In this document: in pieces, positions 26,751 through 40,169 of the stretch
Layout: each line of letters begins with the position of its first letter
How positions within the stretch are numbered: position 1 is the stretch's first letter
Source: Dipteris shenzhenensis
Lineage: Eukaryota
DNA length: 64,000 nucleotides
Strand: one strand, 5' to 3'
NCBI GenBank assembly: GCA_047967505.1
Contig: CM106538.1
Made by a program: the position numbers and the translations under genes
Notes under the pieces: generated by a model
Seen by the model: the letters and a program-made list of their open reading frames with translations, nothing else
Database searches by the model: none
What the model was told of the DNA's origin: nothing

Positions 26751-28885
26751 TGTGACGCCAAAAATTGATATTTTTAATTTGGCATTAGTATTGTTTTCTT
26801 CTATGTTTGATAAGAGTTTGAGTATCAAGTGATAGCCTAGCGGCTCTCACTTATGTTTATTTTCTAAGATATTGTATGGGATTGAGAGGATGAGTGGAAT
26901 GGATCATTGTAAATACCATAGGTATGAATTATAAATACCTTGGTATGGGGTGAGAGTTATTTGTGTATGGGATATTATGGGGTTTTTTGAAAATAGGAAG
27001 AGAGTCATATAAAGAGGTGGGCTCATGTCCATGTGTTCCAATAATATAAGAGAGGCCACATGCCAAGCGTGTGGAAGGCATGTGGAGGAGTGTGGAGTCA
27101 AGAGGAATCCCTCTAGAATTCCCATGTGGAATAAGGAGGATGTGGACATATGGAAAAGAGAGGGTCCCTATGGGCTCCATGTGAAGAGACTCTTGACATT
27201 CTCAATATTTTAAGAGTCTTGAGCATCTTTTGATGGGACACATGGCAAGAGTAATCAAAAAGGACATGGATGGTGACATATGGGCTTATGTGATTGATGG
27301 GGAAAAGAATCTACAGGTAGCAATTGTAAATGGGTGAATGAGGGTGACAAAATCTCTATAAAAGGAAGGCAGCAATTGTAAATGGGTGAACGAGGGTGAC
27401 AAAATCTCTATAAAAGGAGCCTTCCTCTCCCTTGTTCATAAATCTCTTCCACCATTAGGCCTCATGTTGCTGTAGCTCTAGTCTCCTCAAGCCTCTTCCA
27501 TGAGCCTTCTCTTCCCCTTGTAGATATTCTCTTATGTAGAGTCTTGAGTCCATCTCTCTCTAGTTTATTCTCTCTCTATGAGTAGTCTTGGCACTTCCGC
27601 TCCCTCTTGTATGTATGAAACCTCTTCTTCTCCCTTGTGTTTGTAGTGTATTTGAGTGGTCTTACTCTCATGGCAATAAAAATCACTTTTTATCATTTTC
27701 CTTGAGTCTCCATTCTTATGTTCTTTTCTCTCTCTATTTAAGTCTCTAATGTAGTACTTGTTTGGCCGCTCACTGTGCACACATGGTCCATCCGTTTCCC
27801 GAGCCACCATGCAAGCTTCTTCCTCTCTTTTAAAATAATTCTAGGGGTATTGGATCTTTGATAATTGTGGAGCCTTGATGGAGTAGTTTGCTTAGGCGAA
27901 ATCTGCATGGGCAGATGGTAGTTAATATAGTAGTTAGACCCCCTGTTAGTATTTGGCCTATAGCTTTCTCCTTGGTGGTCCGATTTCAATGAAACTTATA
28001 TCAGCGTGAAGCTCTCTTTAAGGGTCTCCCTCCCATGTAATGAGTTTCTTGCATTGGGTCCAGGACGAGAAGTTATGAGTCTCTATGTATAGCTATTTAT
28101 TTCTATGGTAGTTTTTACCCCCTTTCAATAAACTATCCATATCTCTTCAACTAATTATCTGTTTTCAATGAAACTTATATCAGCGTGAAGATCTCTTTAA
28201 GGTTCTCCTCTCATGTCATTAGTTTCTTGCATTGGGTCCAAGTCAAGAAGTTATAAGTCTCTTTGTATGACTATTTATTTCTATGGCAGTTTTTACCCCC
28301 TTTCAGTAAACTGTCCATATCTCTCCAACCGGTTATCTGTTTTCAATGAAATTTATATAAGTACGAAGCTCACTTCAAGGCACATCTTGTATGTACTTTA
28401 GTTTTTTATATCAGTTTTTTGGTGGAAGTTATAGACCTCTATGTTTTCTAGTAGTTTGTAGAATGTTTTTGAGCCATTTCTAGAGGCTTCTCTGAAGGAG
28501 GTGCCATGTTTCCCTGGAATTTACCCATCCAGCCAAATCAGCCCCTTCAAGCCCCTAGATATATATTAATTCATGTCATGTTGAGCCGAAAGATCTTCTT
28601 CCAACAATGCATCGCTCTTCTCTTTGGCGCCAACCGGCTTGGTGAGATAATGGCCTCTGCGGATCCTTTTCTTCTCCCGATGCTGGACTACAATGTCACT
28701 TGGGATGTTACCATATTCATTCTCCTATAAGGGAAGCAAGGAGAACGATATGTTGTGGTTTTCTTCGCATGAAAATATTTTCTTCATCTCTCTTTGCAAG
28801 TGATAAGGGTCTCTATTATTAAAATTGGGAAGAGCAGGAAGCTAAGAGGTGCATGAAGTTTCATTACCCCCAACTTCATGTCACA
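26751..28885 (+). repeat. 5' LTR of F
   Basis: TGTGAC...GTCACA, colinear with 34243-36301. Confidence 0.93.
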
Positions 28886-28984
28886 TATTTTTGGTGGAGA
28901 TGCCAGGTACATTTGGTATTGAATTCATTCCACCTTACTAAACGGTCCCGGGTGTACTTGATTGCATGTTATGCTTAGTATAGG

Positions 28985-31900
28985 CATGTTTTCGAATGTG
29001 ATAAAGAAGATGCTTGGAAGAACTCTGTTAGAAGAGATTGCAGCCTATTTAAGAGAACTAGACAATTGTGAAGGTGATGCTCAAGCTATTTGCACGATCA
29101 TCATGATCATATCCTTTATGTTTGCACTCTTGAATAAGTTGGTGAGTTGGCATGAGGCCTTGCCGGACTCTACTAAGGAGGACTGGGACTAAGTGGTGGC
29201 AGCAATGAACCAGAGATTTGGGGCAGTGGAGTCGCCATGCTTTGATGTTGTAGTTGGACCGATTCTATTAAGGAGAGGGTGATATGTTCTCTGCGTTGGC
29301 AATCCGATATGAAACTTTATGGACAAAATATGAAAGGGAAGCTTTGCGAGCTATGGCATCTGCATCATCGGCCCCTCAAAGTCTTGTAGGGATGGAGCAC
29401 TTAAAGATGAGCAAATTTATTATCACTTTGGAGCCTCGTCTTTGCTCAAAAGTAATGAGTAAAGATTCAACAACATACATGGAGGCACTTCGCATTGCGA
29501 CCAAGAAAGAAGCTTCTATAAAGATCGAATCCTCTTTTGTGTCTTCAACAGCTTTAACTTCTAAGGTGGAGGTAATGGGCACTCCTCAGGTACCAAAGTC
29601 CTCTGAGTTAGATCATAATATTTCCCAATTGATGGTAGAGTTTGCTGATTTGAAATTGCATTTGGTTAATGCACGACAACCTAGAGCACCAAAGAGTGAA
29701 GATAGGCCTCGAGATAAGAGTGGGGTCACTTGCTATGAATGTAATGAAAAAGGTCACTATCACCCAGAGTGTCCTAGATTGAGAAAAAAAGAAGAAAAAC
29801 AAGTATTCTTGTCAGAAGCTTCTTCAAGTGATGAGGAAAGAGAGGTAATGAAGGCTAAACAGGGGCGTGGTAAAGCAAAAGAATAAGAAAGCAAGGAAGA
29901 AGTAGATGAGGAACATCAAGAAGAGGAACATCGTAGTATGAAAAAGAAGGCATCTAGAAGGAGAATTAGCCGATCAGACTTTCCTTTAGGACAAGGCATT
30001 GGAAGCTATGACTTGTTGTCCGACCTTAAAGAAAAGGAAACTCATATCACCTTTGGTCAATTACTTACTTTGTCTCCAAAACTATGGAAGGAATGGGGAA
30101 AGCTAGCAAGCACAAGAGTGTCAAAGAAGAAAAGTTCCATTCCTATTGTTCAAAAGGTATATATAGATGTTGGTGATGATGTACCTGTGGTTGATGTGAT
30201 TATTGATGGTCAAGTGATTTCTAATGTGTACATTGATGGAGGTGCATCGATTAATGTCATGAGTGAGAAGACCACTATAGATGCTGATTTAAAATACTCT
30301 AGTACTACCTCTCTTTATCACATCAAATTGGCTGACAACATTAGGGTAAAGACCTTGGGGGTTGTGAAGAATCTAGAAGTGGATGTGTGTGGAATTTCTA
30401 TGCTGACTACTTTTCAGGTGATCCCTACTAAGCCAGATGCATGTGCCTATCCATTGATTTTGGGAAGGCCTTGGCTATGCAAGGTGAAGGCTGTTTAAAA
30501 GTGGGATACTGGAGAATTGATTTTGTAGGAAAATGATAAGAAAGTGCGCTACGACATCAGAAGTCACAAAAAGGAAGTTGTCAAGGAGGAGTCTTCAACA
30601 TCAAAGAGTGTGATCTCTGACTTAACCAATGAAGAAGAAGAGACAGGGTGTAGCTCCAAGGAGTCCAGTTAGAGGGTGAGGTGGAAGGAGTGGCCTTTGG
30701 TCTTTGTCTTAGTGCCTAATCAGGATGAGTTAGGAGGGAACAAGGTAGTGGTACAAGAAGATCCTGTAGAGACACTTCATGTGGAGGATGTGGAGCACAC
30801 TAAATGACGCCAACGCAATGAGGAGCTTCTTGGTGATTCTCTATCAGGTAGTGAGAAGCTCTAGTACTTGGATATGTTACATGATTTTCCATGTCTCTTT
30901 GCAACAAGCTATTCACAGGTTTGACCAGTCTCTCTTGTGGAGCACAAGATTGAGTTGAAGCCAGAAAGCAAGCCAGTTGTGCAATGCTTAAGGCGATTGG
31001 GGGTGATCCAAGCTGAGGCACTAAAGAAAGAGATTACACAACCATTGAGGTGGGATTCATCTTTCTTGTTGATGATTCAAAATGGAAATCTCTTGTAGTT
31101 GTCACACCAAAGAAAGGAAATAAGTGGCGGGTTTGTGTGGACTTTTGTCCTTTGAATGCATGCACTAAGAGGGATCATTTTCCTTTGCCATTCCAAGATG
31201 AAATACTAGACCAAGTAGTAGGGCATGAGATGTATTCTGTATATGATGGGTATTCTGGGTACTTTCAAATTCGTATTCGGGAGGAAGATCAAAATAAAAC
31301 ATCATTTGTCACACCTTGGGGAGTTTTTGCTTACAGAGTGATGCCTTTTGGATTGACCAATGCACCAGCTACATTTCAAAGGTTCATGAGTTAAGTGCTT
31401 GAGCCTTACTTGGGAAAGTTCATAAGGGTGTTTTTGGATGATTTTTGCATTTATTCTCGGCGCATAGATCACATGGAGAAGTTAAAGATGGCCTTAGCTA
31501 GGATTGATGAAGCAAAAGGGTGTCTAAATCCTAGCAAGTGTCATTTGGCTCAAACAATAGTCTTGTTGGGGCATATTGTGTCTGAAAAAGGCTTGCAAAT
31601 AGATCCTAACAAGGTTCAAGCAATCATGGCATTGCCAAGTCCTGAGGTTTGCAGAATTCTAGGAAAGAGTAAGTATTATCAACACTTTTGTGATGATTTC
31701 ACAGAGATAGTGCATCCCATGAACTTGTTGACAAGAAAAGGAGTTTCTTTCCAATGGGGTGTGGAGCAACAAGAGTCTTTTCAGCAACTTAAGGAGGCCA
31801 TGAGTAAGGGCCCAATATTGAAGCCCCCTGATTGGTCTCAAGAGTTTTATGTAAATCCAAGTGTATCTTTGCATTCAGTTGGTGCTATATTGCTGCAAAA

Positions 31901-34190
31901 AGGAGAGGCATGAAGAATGCAACCCATTTATTATGCCAGCTGACAGCTTACAGAGGTAAAAAAAAGGTATGAAGAAATGGAGCAGGAAGCCCTCTCTTTG
32001 GTGTTTTCAGTCAGAAAGTTTCGCTCCTATTTATTACCTCGACCATTTTTCTTTCTTACCTCTCAGTCTGTATTACCCTGATTGGTCTCAAGAGTTTTAT
32101 GTAAATCCAAGTGTATCTTTGCATTCAGTTGGTGCTATATTGCTGCAAAAAGGAAAGGCATGAAGAATGCAACCCATTTATTATGCCAGCTGACAGCTTA
32201 CAGAGGTGGAGACAAGGTATGAAGAAATGGAGCAGGAAGCCCTCTCTTTGGTGTTTTCAGTCAGAAAGTTTCGCTCCTATTTATTACCTCGACCATTTTT
32301 CTTCCTTACCTCTCAGTCTGTATTAGCATATCTAGTTCACAAGCCTAATCCTGGAAGGAGATTTGCAAGATGGTTGTCAGAGTTTCAAGAGTTCTCTTTC
32401 TCTTTTGTCACTGAAAATACCACTAGGTCCACTATGGCAGATTTGCTCACAGGATGACAGGATCTAAGAGAAGAAAAGAAATATAAGGAGGACATTAATG
32501 ATGAAAGGGAGACACCACCAACAACTTTTGTCTTGTATTTTGATGGGGCTTTTAGTCTTTCATGCCAACAAGGGGCTGGGGGGATAGTCTTGATGAATTT
32601 TGAAGGTCAAGAGGTGTGGGCAAGACGACAAGAGCTTCCAGGTATCACAACTAACAATGCAGCTGAGTATAATGCTTTGATTCTTAGTTTGGAGAATTGT
32701 CTTCAAAGTCAAGTTAAAGAATTAGAAGTAAAAGGAGATTCTCAGCTTATTATATAGCAAATGCAAGGGCATTACAAGACAAGAAGCCCTCATTTGAAGG
32801 AGCTTAATCAGAAGGCTATGGCACTATGTAGTTAGTTTGATTTTTGCACGTTTGTTCATATAAATAGAAAAGAAAATCAAAGGGCAGATGAGTTGGCTAC
32901 TCAAGCCATTGTAGTACAAGACTGAGGGGTGGTTTCTTTGGTAGACACTGGATGGCCAGAACTGCAAGATGTTTAGTAATATGTGGAAGAAGGCATGTTT
33001 CCTCGAGGGTTAACTCCACAACAAAAGCAGAGATTGGTAAGGAAGGCTTGTTCCTATGCTGTTGTTGATGACATTCTTTATAAATTGGGAAAAGATAAGG
33101 TGCTATGTCGGGTGGTCCATCCCATGGAGACTACGAGAATCCTAGAAATGTGTCATGAATGCTCTGGTCATTTTGCTTTAGCAAGCACACCTAGGAGAAT
33201 TCTCAATACAGGTTACTTTTGGCCACACCTCCATAAGGATGTATATGAATGGTGTTGAAGTAGTAAAGTATGCCAAAAGTTTGGAAGGCGACAGTTGATT
33301 CTTGGGCCCTTGAAGCCTATTCCAGCATATGGACCATTTGAGAGGTGGGGGTTGGACTTTGTGGGACCACTCCCTCGCTCATCTCATGGCAAGCATTATT
33401 TATTGGTGGCCACAGATTATGCGACTCGGTGAGCGGAGGCCAAGGCCACAGTCAATAGCAAGGCAAGCACAATTGCAAAATTTCTCTTTTATCAAATTTG
33501 TTCACGCTTTGGTTGTCCTTCGGAAATTCTCATTGATAGAGGAACCTCTTTTAGAAATGAACTAATTAAAGATGTGGTGCATAAGCTAAAGATAAATCAT
33601 AGCATGTCTACGCCATACTATCCACAATGTAATGGCTTGGCTGAGAAAACAAATGGATTGTTGTGCAAGCCAATGGGAAAGCTTGTAGACACCAAGAAAA
33701 GGCATTGGGATAGGCACTTGGCAGAAGTTTTATGAGCTTACAGAACCACACACAAGCTAGCTATTGGGTTTACACCATTCCAACTAGTGTATGGAATAGA
33801 AGCCATTTTACCCATTGAATTGGAGATACATAGTCTTCGCACTGCTATTGCAAGAAAAGGACAGGAGGATGCCTATGCTCAATGCTTGGTACAGCTAGAA
33901 GCCTTGGATGAATGCAGATTACAGGCCTTACAAAACTTGGAAGCTTCTAAAAAAAGGCACAAAGCCCATTTTGAACCAAATTATTGCAGAAGTAGATTTG
34001 GTCATGAGATTTGATAGCTATCTAGACAACCGGTTAGATAAAAAGTTTATCGGCCGATGGAAGGGACCATATCGAGTCAAAAAGAAGTTCATGAATAAAA
34101 ACCTATCAGCTTGAGGATGTTGATGGCATGGTGATACCCAAATGCACCAATGAGTATCGCCTTAAATTCTTCTATGCTCGACCACCTTGA
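28985..34190 (+). pseudogene. gag-pol of F: gag, PR, RT, degenerate RH, extra RNase H, integrase
   Basis: CYECNEKGHYHPEC, YIDGGASINVM, VFLDDFCIYS, YFDGA..TNNAAEY..KGDSQL (32533-32900), WGLDFVGPLP, WKGPY; many stops. Confidence 0.92.
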
Positions 34191-34242
34191 GGGCCAGCAG
34201 ACCCTCTCTATCATTAGGGAGGATCTGCTGGGGGGGGAAAGA

Positions 34243-36301
34243 TGTGACGCCAAAAATTAATATTTTTTCTTTGGCATTAGTATTGTTTTCTTCTATGTTT
34301 GATAAGAGTTTGAGTATCAAGTGATAGCCTAGCGGCTCTCACTTATTTCTATTTTTTAAGATATTGTATGGGATTGAGAGGATGAGTAGAATGGATCATT
34401 GTAAATACCATAGGTATGAATTATAAATACCTTGGTATGGGGTGAGAGTTATTTGTGTATGGGATATTATGGGTTTTTTAGAAAATAGGAAGAGTGAGTC
34501 ATATAAAGAGGTGGGCTCATGTCCATGTGTTCCGTTAATATAAGAGAGGCCACATGCCAAGCATGTGGAAGGCATGTAGAGGAGTGTGGAGTCAAGAGGA
34601 ATCCTTCTAGAATTCCCATGTGGAATAAGGAGGACGTGGACATATGGTAAAGAGAGGGTCCCTATGGGCTCCATGTGGGGAGACTCTTGACTTTCTCAAT
34701 ATTTTAAGAGTCTTGAGCATCTTTTGATGGGACACATGGCAAGAGTACCCAAAAAGGACATGGATGGTGAGATATGGGCTTATGTGATTGATGGGGAAAA
34801 TAATCTACAAGCAGCAAGGAGGGTGACAAAATCTCTATAAAAGGAGCCTTCCTCTCCCTTGTTCATAAATCTCTTCCACCATTAGGCCTCATGTTGCTGT
34901 AGCTCTAGTCTCCTCGAGCCTTCTCTCCCTCTTGTAGATATTCTCTTATGTAGACTCTTGAGTCCATCTCTCTCTAGTTTATTCTCTCTCTATGAGTAGT
35001 CTTGGATGTTCCCCTCCCTCTTGTATGTATGAAACGTCTTCTTCTCCCATGTATTTGTAGTATATTTGAGTGGAATCTTACTCTCATGGCAATGAAAGTC
35101 ACTTTTTATCATTTTCCTTGAGTCTCCATTCCTATGTTTTTTTCTCTCTCTATTTAAGTCTCTAAAGTAGTTCTTGTTCAGCCACTCACTGTGCACACAT
35201 GGTCCATCCGTTTCTCAAGCCACCATACAAACTTCTTCCTCTCTTTTAGGCTAATTCTAGGGGTATTGGATCGTTGATAATTGTCGAGCCTTGAGGGAGT
35301 AGTTTTCTTATGCGAAATCTGCATGGGCAGATGGTAGTTAATATAGCAGTTAGACCCCCTATTAGTATTTGGCCTATAACTTTCTCCTCGATGGTGTGAT
35401 TTCAATGAAACTTATATCATGCGAAGCTCTCTTTAAGATCTCCCTCTGATGTAATGAGTTTCTTGCATTGGGTCCAGGATGAGAAGTTATGAGTCTGTAT
35501 GTATGACTGTTTATTTCTATGGCAGTTTTTACCCCCTTTTTGTAAACTGTCCATATCTCTTTAACCGATTATCTGTTTTCAATGAAACTTATATCAATGT
35601 TAAGCTCTCTGTAAGGGTCTTTCTCTTGTGTAATTAGTTTCTTACATTGGGTCTAAGACAAGAAGTTATGAGTCTCTGTGTATGACTATTTATTTCTATG
35701 GTAGTTTTTACCCCCTTTCAGTAAACTATCCATATCTCTTCAACTAGTTATCTATTTTCAACGAAACTTATATCAGTACAAAGCTCACTTCAAGGCACAT
35801 CCTTGTATTTACTTTAATTTTTTATATCAATTCTTTGGTGGAAGTTTTAGACCTTTGTGTTTTTTAACAGTTTGTAGAATGAATCTGAGCCATTTCTAGA
35901 GGCTTCTATGAAGGAGGTGCCATGATTTCCCAGAATTTACCCATCCAGCCAAATAAGCCCCTTGAAGCCCCTAGATATATATAAGTTCATGTCATGTTGA
36001 GCCGAAAGATCTTCTTCCAACAATGCATCACTCTTCTCTTTGGCGCCGACCAGCTTGGTGAGATAATGGCCTCTGCGGATCCTTTTCTTCTCCCGATGTT
36101 GGACTACAATGTCACTTGGGATGTTACCATATTCATTCTCCTTTAAGGGAAGCAAGGAGAAAGATATTTTGTGGTTTTCTTTGCATGAAAATATTTTCTT
36201 CATCTCTCTTTGCAAGTGATAAGGGTCTCTATTATTAAGATTGGGAAGAGCAGGAAGCTAAGAGGTGCGTGAAGTTTCATTACCCCCATTTGCATGTCAC
36301 A
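34243..36301 (+). repeat. 3' LTR of F
   Basis: Follows poly-G PPT; TGTGAC...GTCACA. Confidence 0.93.
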
Positions 36302-36305
36302 ATAC

Positions 36306-37700
36306 ACATCTTCAACACTGTAGAGCATGGATAGTTGCAAAGACAAAGGATGCAGCCCATGAACAAACATGTGTTGTGAGAACGTGGTGGAGGAATGCCC
36401 TTGTGGCTACAAATGACATTCGATTCCTTGACCAGCGGATGTCATGGTGGGAGGATAGGACAGCCCATTGGGGTGCATTTATGGTGCAAGTAAGTGGCAT
36501 TAAGTTGAATTACTTCTTCATTTTTTTCATCTACATGAAAATTTTAGGATTGCATTCTAAAAGGATACCTTGTCAGGTGATGGACTCAAGAACTGAAGTC
36601 AATACTCCATGGATGAACTTGTTTGAGTCCAATCATGGGAGTTTGTTAGCATCAGAAGGGTACATTCAACTGATTTCTTTGTATGGTGCATGCATTGGGG
36701 CTACTGCATTGATGCAAATTGATAGTAGGTGTGAGCAACATGTGAAAATATTGCATATTGGATCTAGCCCAAGCTTGGAGAACTTTTTTCATCCATTGGC
36801 CAAACTAGATCAAGCAATATCGTCGCACAACAAGCTTTCAAGGTTGTAACTCTGCCATCAATATTACAAGGGTTGATATGGATCCAAATCATCTTCCAGG
36901 GGATGTTGAAAGTGTTTGATGAAAAAAGAGGATTGCATAAGGTTTTGGAATGAATGACACCCATTGCCATGACTACGAGTATGTGGTTCATCCAAGAAGA
37001 GGGAGTCACGCAATTCCAGGTGGAGCCATGCAATCTAATGGCTTGCAAGAGGGGTAGCCATATAACCATAATTCTTAAAGGGAGAAGGAAGGGTGTCAAG
37101 TAGATCTCACTATGGAAGAGCAAGAAATCCATGATATCTTTTGGGCCATCTACCGTTGTGAGCAGCTTGGCCATCTAGTGAGGGACACAAATGTGGGAGC
37201 TTATCAATGAGAATAATTTGAGTCAGTGTGTAGTCCTATCCTTTAAGAGAAGCATCAATCATAGCCAAGGACAGAGGGTGCAATTCTTTTGGTTCTATGG
37301 GAGATGATGTTTTACATGCTTGGACTCCAAGCAATAAGGTTGTTGAAGTTCCAAGAGTACCAACCATATGGTCTAGCAGGGAGTTGGATGCTAATTACAA
37401 AATTGCAAAAACTACAAAGATCAGGCTTTCAAGTTCAAACATCATGCCACTTGGAGATCCCATTTGTTGATCGCAATAATGTTGGGATACCATCCACCTT
37501 AGTACACTACTTCAACTCATCATAAATAAAATGAAATGATGCTCAAGTATCTCTAAGGCTTGCTCTAACTGTATTGATTGCTCCTTGCACATGAGGGCTA
37601 CAATAAATATTGGATGAGTGTGGCTTGTGGATGAAGATGAGAAATTTTCAGTTACAAGATTTGACTCTGCCATTACTGGGAATACATAAACGATGTGTAT
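36306..37700 (+). pseudogene. Decayed MULE-like transposase, 3' part
   Basis: Frame FQD|THLQHCRAW restored by removing F and one TSD; MSWWEDRTAHWG, NLFESNHGS; right boundary approximate. Confidence 0.55.
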
Positions 37701-38200
37701 ATGCAATGGACCATCCTGCACCTGCAAGGACTTCACAATAAGCATGGCACACATGGCATGTTTGTTCCATGCAAGCACATGTACTTATTTATATTCATGT
37801 CTTAGGGTAGAATATGGACTGCATGACCATATATCAACCACGGTTAACATGATTTGATGTATTTCAACTTTTAACATCACCTAGGGTGTATGTTAGTCAA
37901 TGTTTGGAGTGACATTATTTGATCAAATTCAACATTTTTGACATATTTTTGTAATACAAGCCAAGAAAAGTGGAGACCTAGGTATATTGTTTTGGCCCTA
38001 TTTTGACTTGGCATGTACCTTCTTTTTTCAACTACATGATCTATGCTTTCACTTTTGTGGGATATTAGTAAAGTGACTTCCATTGATGTAACTCGTACTA
38101 TGACATTGTGGTATAGACTAGGATATGTGGATATTAAAAGTTGATTCTAAGAGTTGACCCAATCCACAACACTGCTAGCAGATCTAGAGTCACACCACCA

Positions 38201-38376
38201 ATAAGATAATGTATTGTATGCTTTGTTTTTCAAAAAAAGGGTGTATCTATACACCACTTATATATTGAATTCAACTCTTTTTTTTCAAAAAAATGGTGTA
38301 TCTATACACCACTTATTTGTTGAATTCAACAGATACACCATTTGTATGGAAAAAAGCATACAAAACATTATCTTAT
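38201..38376. mobile_element. MITE-like foldback element
   Basis: ~24-bp TIR ATAAGATAATGT(A/T)TTGTATGCTTT; two internal copies of near-palindrome GGTGTATCTATACACC. Confidence 0.6.
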
Positions 38377-39228
38377 GCATCTGAATCTCGTTCAAAGTCA
38401 TCAGATTCATAGAGGGAATTTGCTACACAATCAAAGGTACTTGGAAGTATAAGGCTCGCTGCAAGTCTCAGACCAAATGAAGCTTCACACCTCCAGGGGC
38501 AGCAGCATCTTCTCCACCTCCAAAAACATGTCTTCTTCAAAACCCGACTGGTTTTTCCTTAGTTTCTCCTCATTCCCTTGACCATTTGCCCTCAAAATTC
38601 ACCAATAGGTAGCTCATATAGTTCCTAAGTGCACCTCAGACCATTTTTTAAATGGTGGCTCCAACAAGCTGTATCATCAAAAATGGCACAGGATAGGGCG
38701 AGTGTAAGCATGGGTTGTAGAGGCCATAATCCTTCAATTCCTCTCAAGTGGAAGTGCGCCTTAACTAGGGTAATCTACACCTAAAAGGGTTGGAGCAATG
38801 GTTCAAAGATGAAAGAGAACAAGCACTTGGAAATTTTGTGGGAAGAAGAGGAAGAAAAGCTTCAAAAAGTTCATTGGTGAAGAAGATGATGACATGGCAC
38901 TCAAGGAGGTCTCAAGGAGAGTGGACCAAGGCTCTGATACCACATGTTAGAGTTGCAAGAAGGATTGAGCAAGTGAAGCAAAAGAGAGTGTTTATTCAAG
39001 AGAGACAGGCCCAATATATAGGCTCTAATTACATCCAGTAGTGACATCACATGTGAGCTCAGTAGAGCATCTAGATCCACAAATCTCTCAACCAGTTCCA
39101 TGATTCTCTCAATCACACACCACACACCTAGATTCACTCAATCACACCTATTGACACCTATCTAGGCACACCATGTGTTTGCACACTCACAACCTTAGAC
39201 CTTAGGACTCTAGATCCCATTATCTCAA
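38377..39228 (-). mobile_element. Truncated copia-type LTR, PBS and 5' UTR remnant
   Basis: GGCTCTGATACCA (PBS) 38930-38942 next to TGTTAG LTR end; layout like D and E. Confidence 0.7.
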
Positions 39229-40169
39229 TTTGTCCTTCACTTAATCTTCCAAGATTTGATGGGTGGGAGGTGTGAAAATTCAAAATTCGTAGTAGTGAAA
39301 TTTCAGCAACCAGTTTTCTCCCTCCAGCAATACACATCAACAGAATTGGATATCCCAAACAAGTGCAATGTGGCCTAAATACTTGAAAACACAAATAGGC
39401 CAAAGGGCACGGTATCAGGTTTGGTGCTGTGTATTATTAAATGCAATGACATTTTGGCATGCTTATGAGCCATATGGGAAGCAAGTGCATGGAAAAAGAA
39501 ACAATTCAAAATTGTAAATAGTGTTGGATTTATTAAAATATCTTTTCACATGCACAAATTGCACTTTTCCAACTCCTTCCATTTTAGGGTGAATCTAGAT
39601 ACCAATACCAACAACTATCAATGTTTTAGGACCACCATGCACTAGTCGCAATAGTTTGGATTCCAAATTTTCAATCTGTTTTGGTTTTTAATAAATCAAA
39701 AAAAAGTTATGGAGTGTGCCCTCAAATGGGTATGCATCACTTTAGCACAACATTGGAGGCCCATTAACCCATGCATGATGATCTCATTTAGGTGTTTCCT
39801 TGGGTTGAGGAGAAGCTCACATAGTGTACTTTATAATGATTACTTGGTTGCATGTATGTATAGAACAAAATTTTGATGTTTTTGAATAAATTGATATATC
39901 CTATAGTCTTCAAGATGCACATGCTTCACATGCAACATAACACTTGTAATGCTTTAATGATCTCATTCCAAATCCTTATTCCATAATTTTTTGCTCTCAT
40001 GTTCAAGTTTGAATGTGTACTACAACTTGAAGTCAAAATTTACCGAATTTTGTTGAGAAATGCATAAGTTATGGGTCATGCAAGATACCCATATACAGAA
40101 AAGTCTCTGAACCTCACCAAAAATGGCTACACCCAAGCAAACAATGACCCCGTCCACAACTCCTTGTTG

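Larger units (their letters stand above)
26751..36301 (+). mobile_element. Full-length decayed non-chromoviral Ty3/gypsy element F (Tat-like, extra RNase H)
   Basis: ~2.1-kb LTRs, PBS TGGTGGAGATGC 28892-28903, PPT 34230-34242, 4-bp TSD ATAC. Confidence 0.93.

Noticed and set aside
26904-28730. Short ORFs duplicated at 34396-36215
   Set aside because: Incidental frames within the two F LTRs
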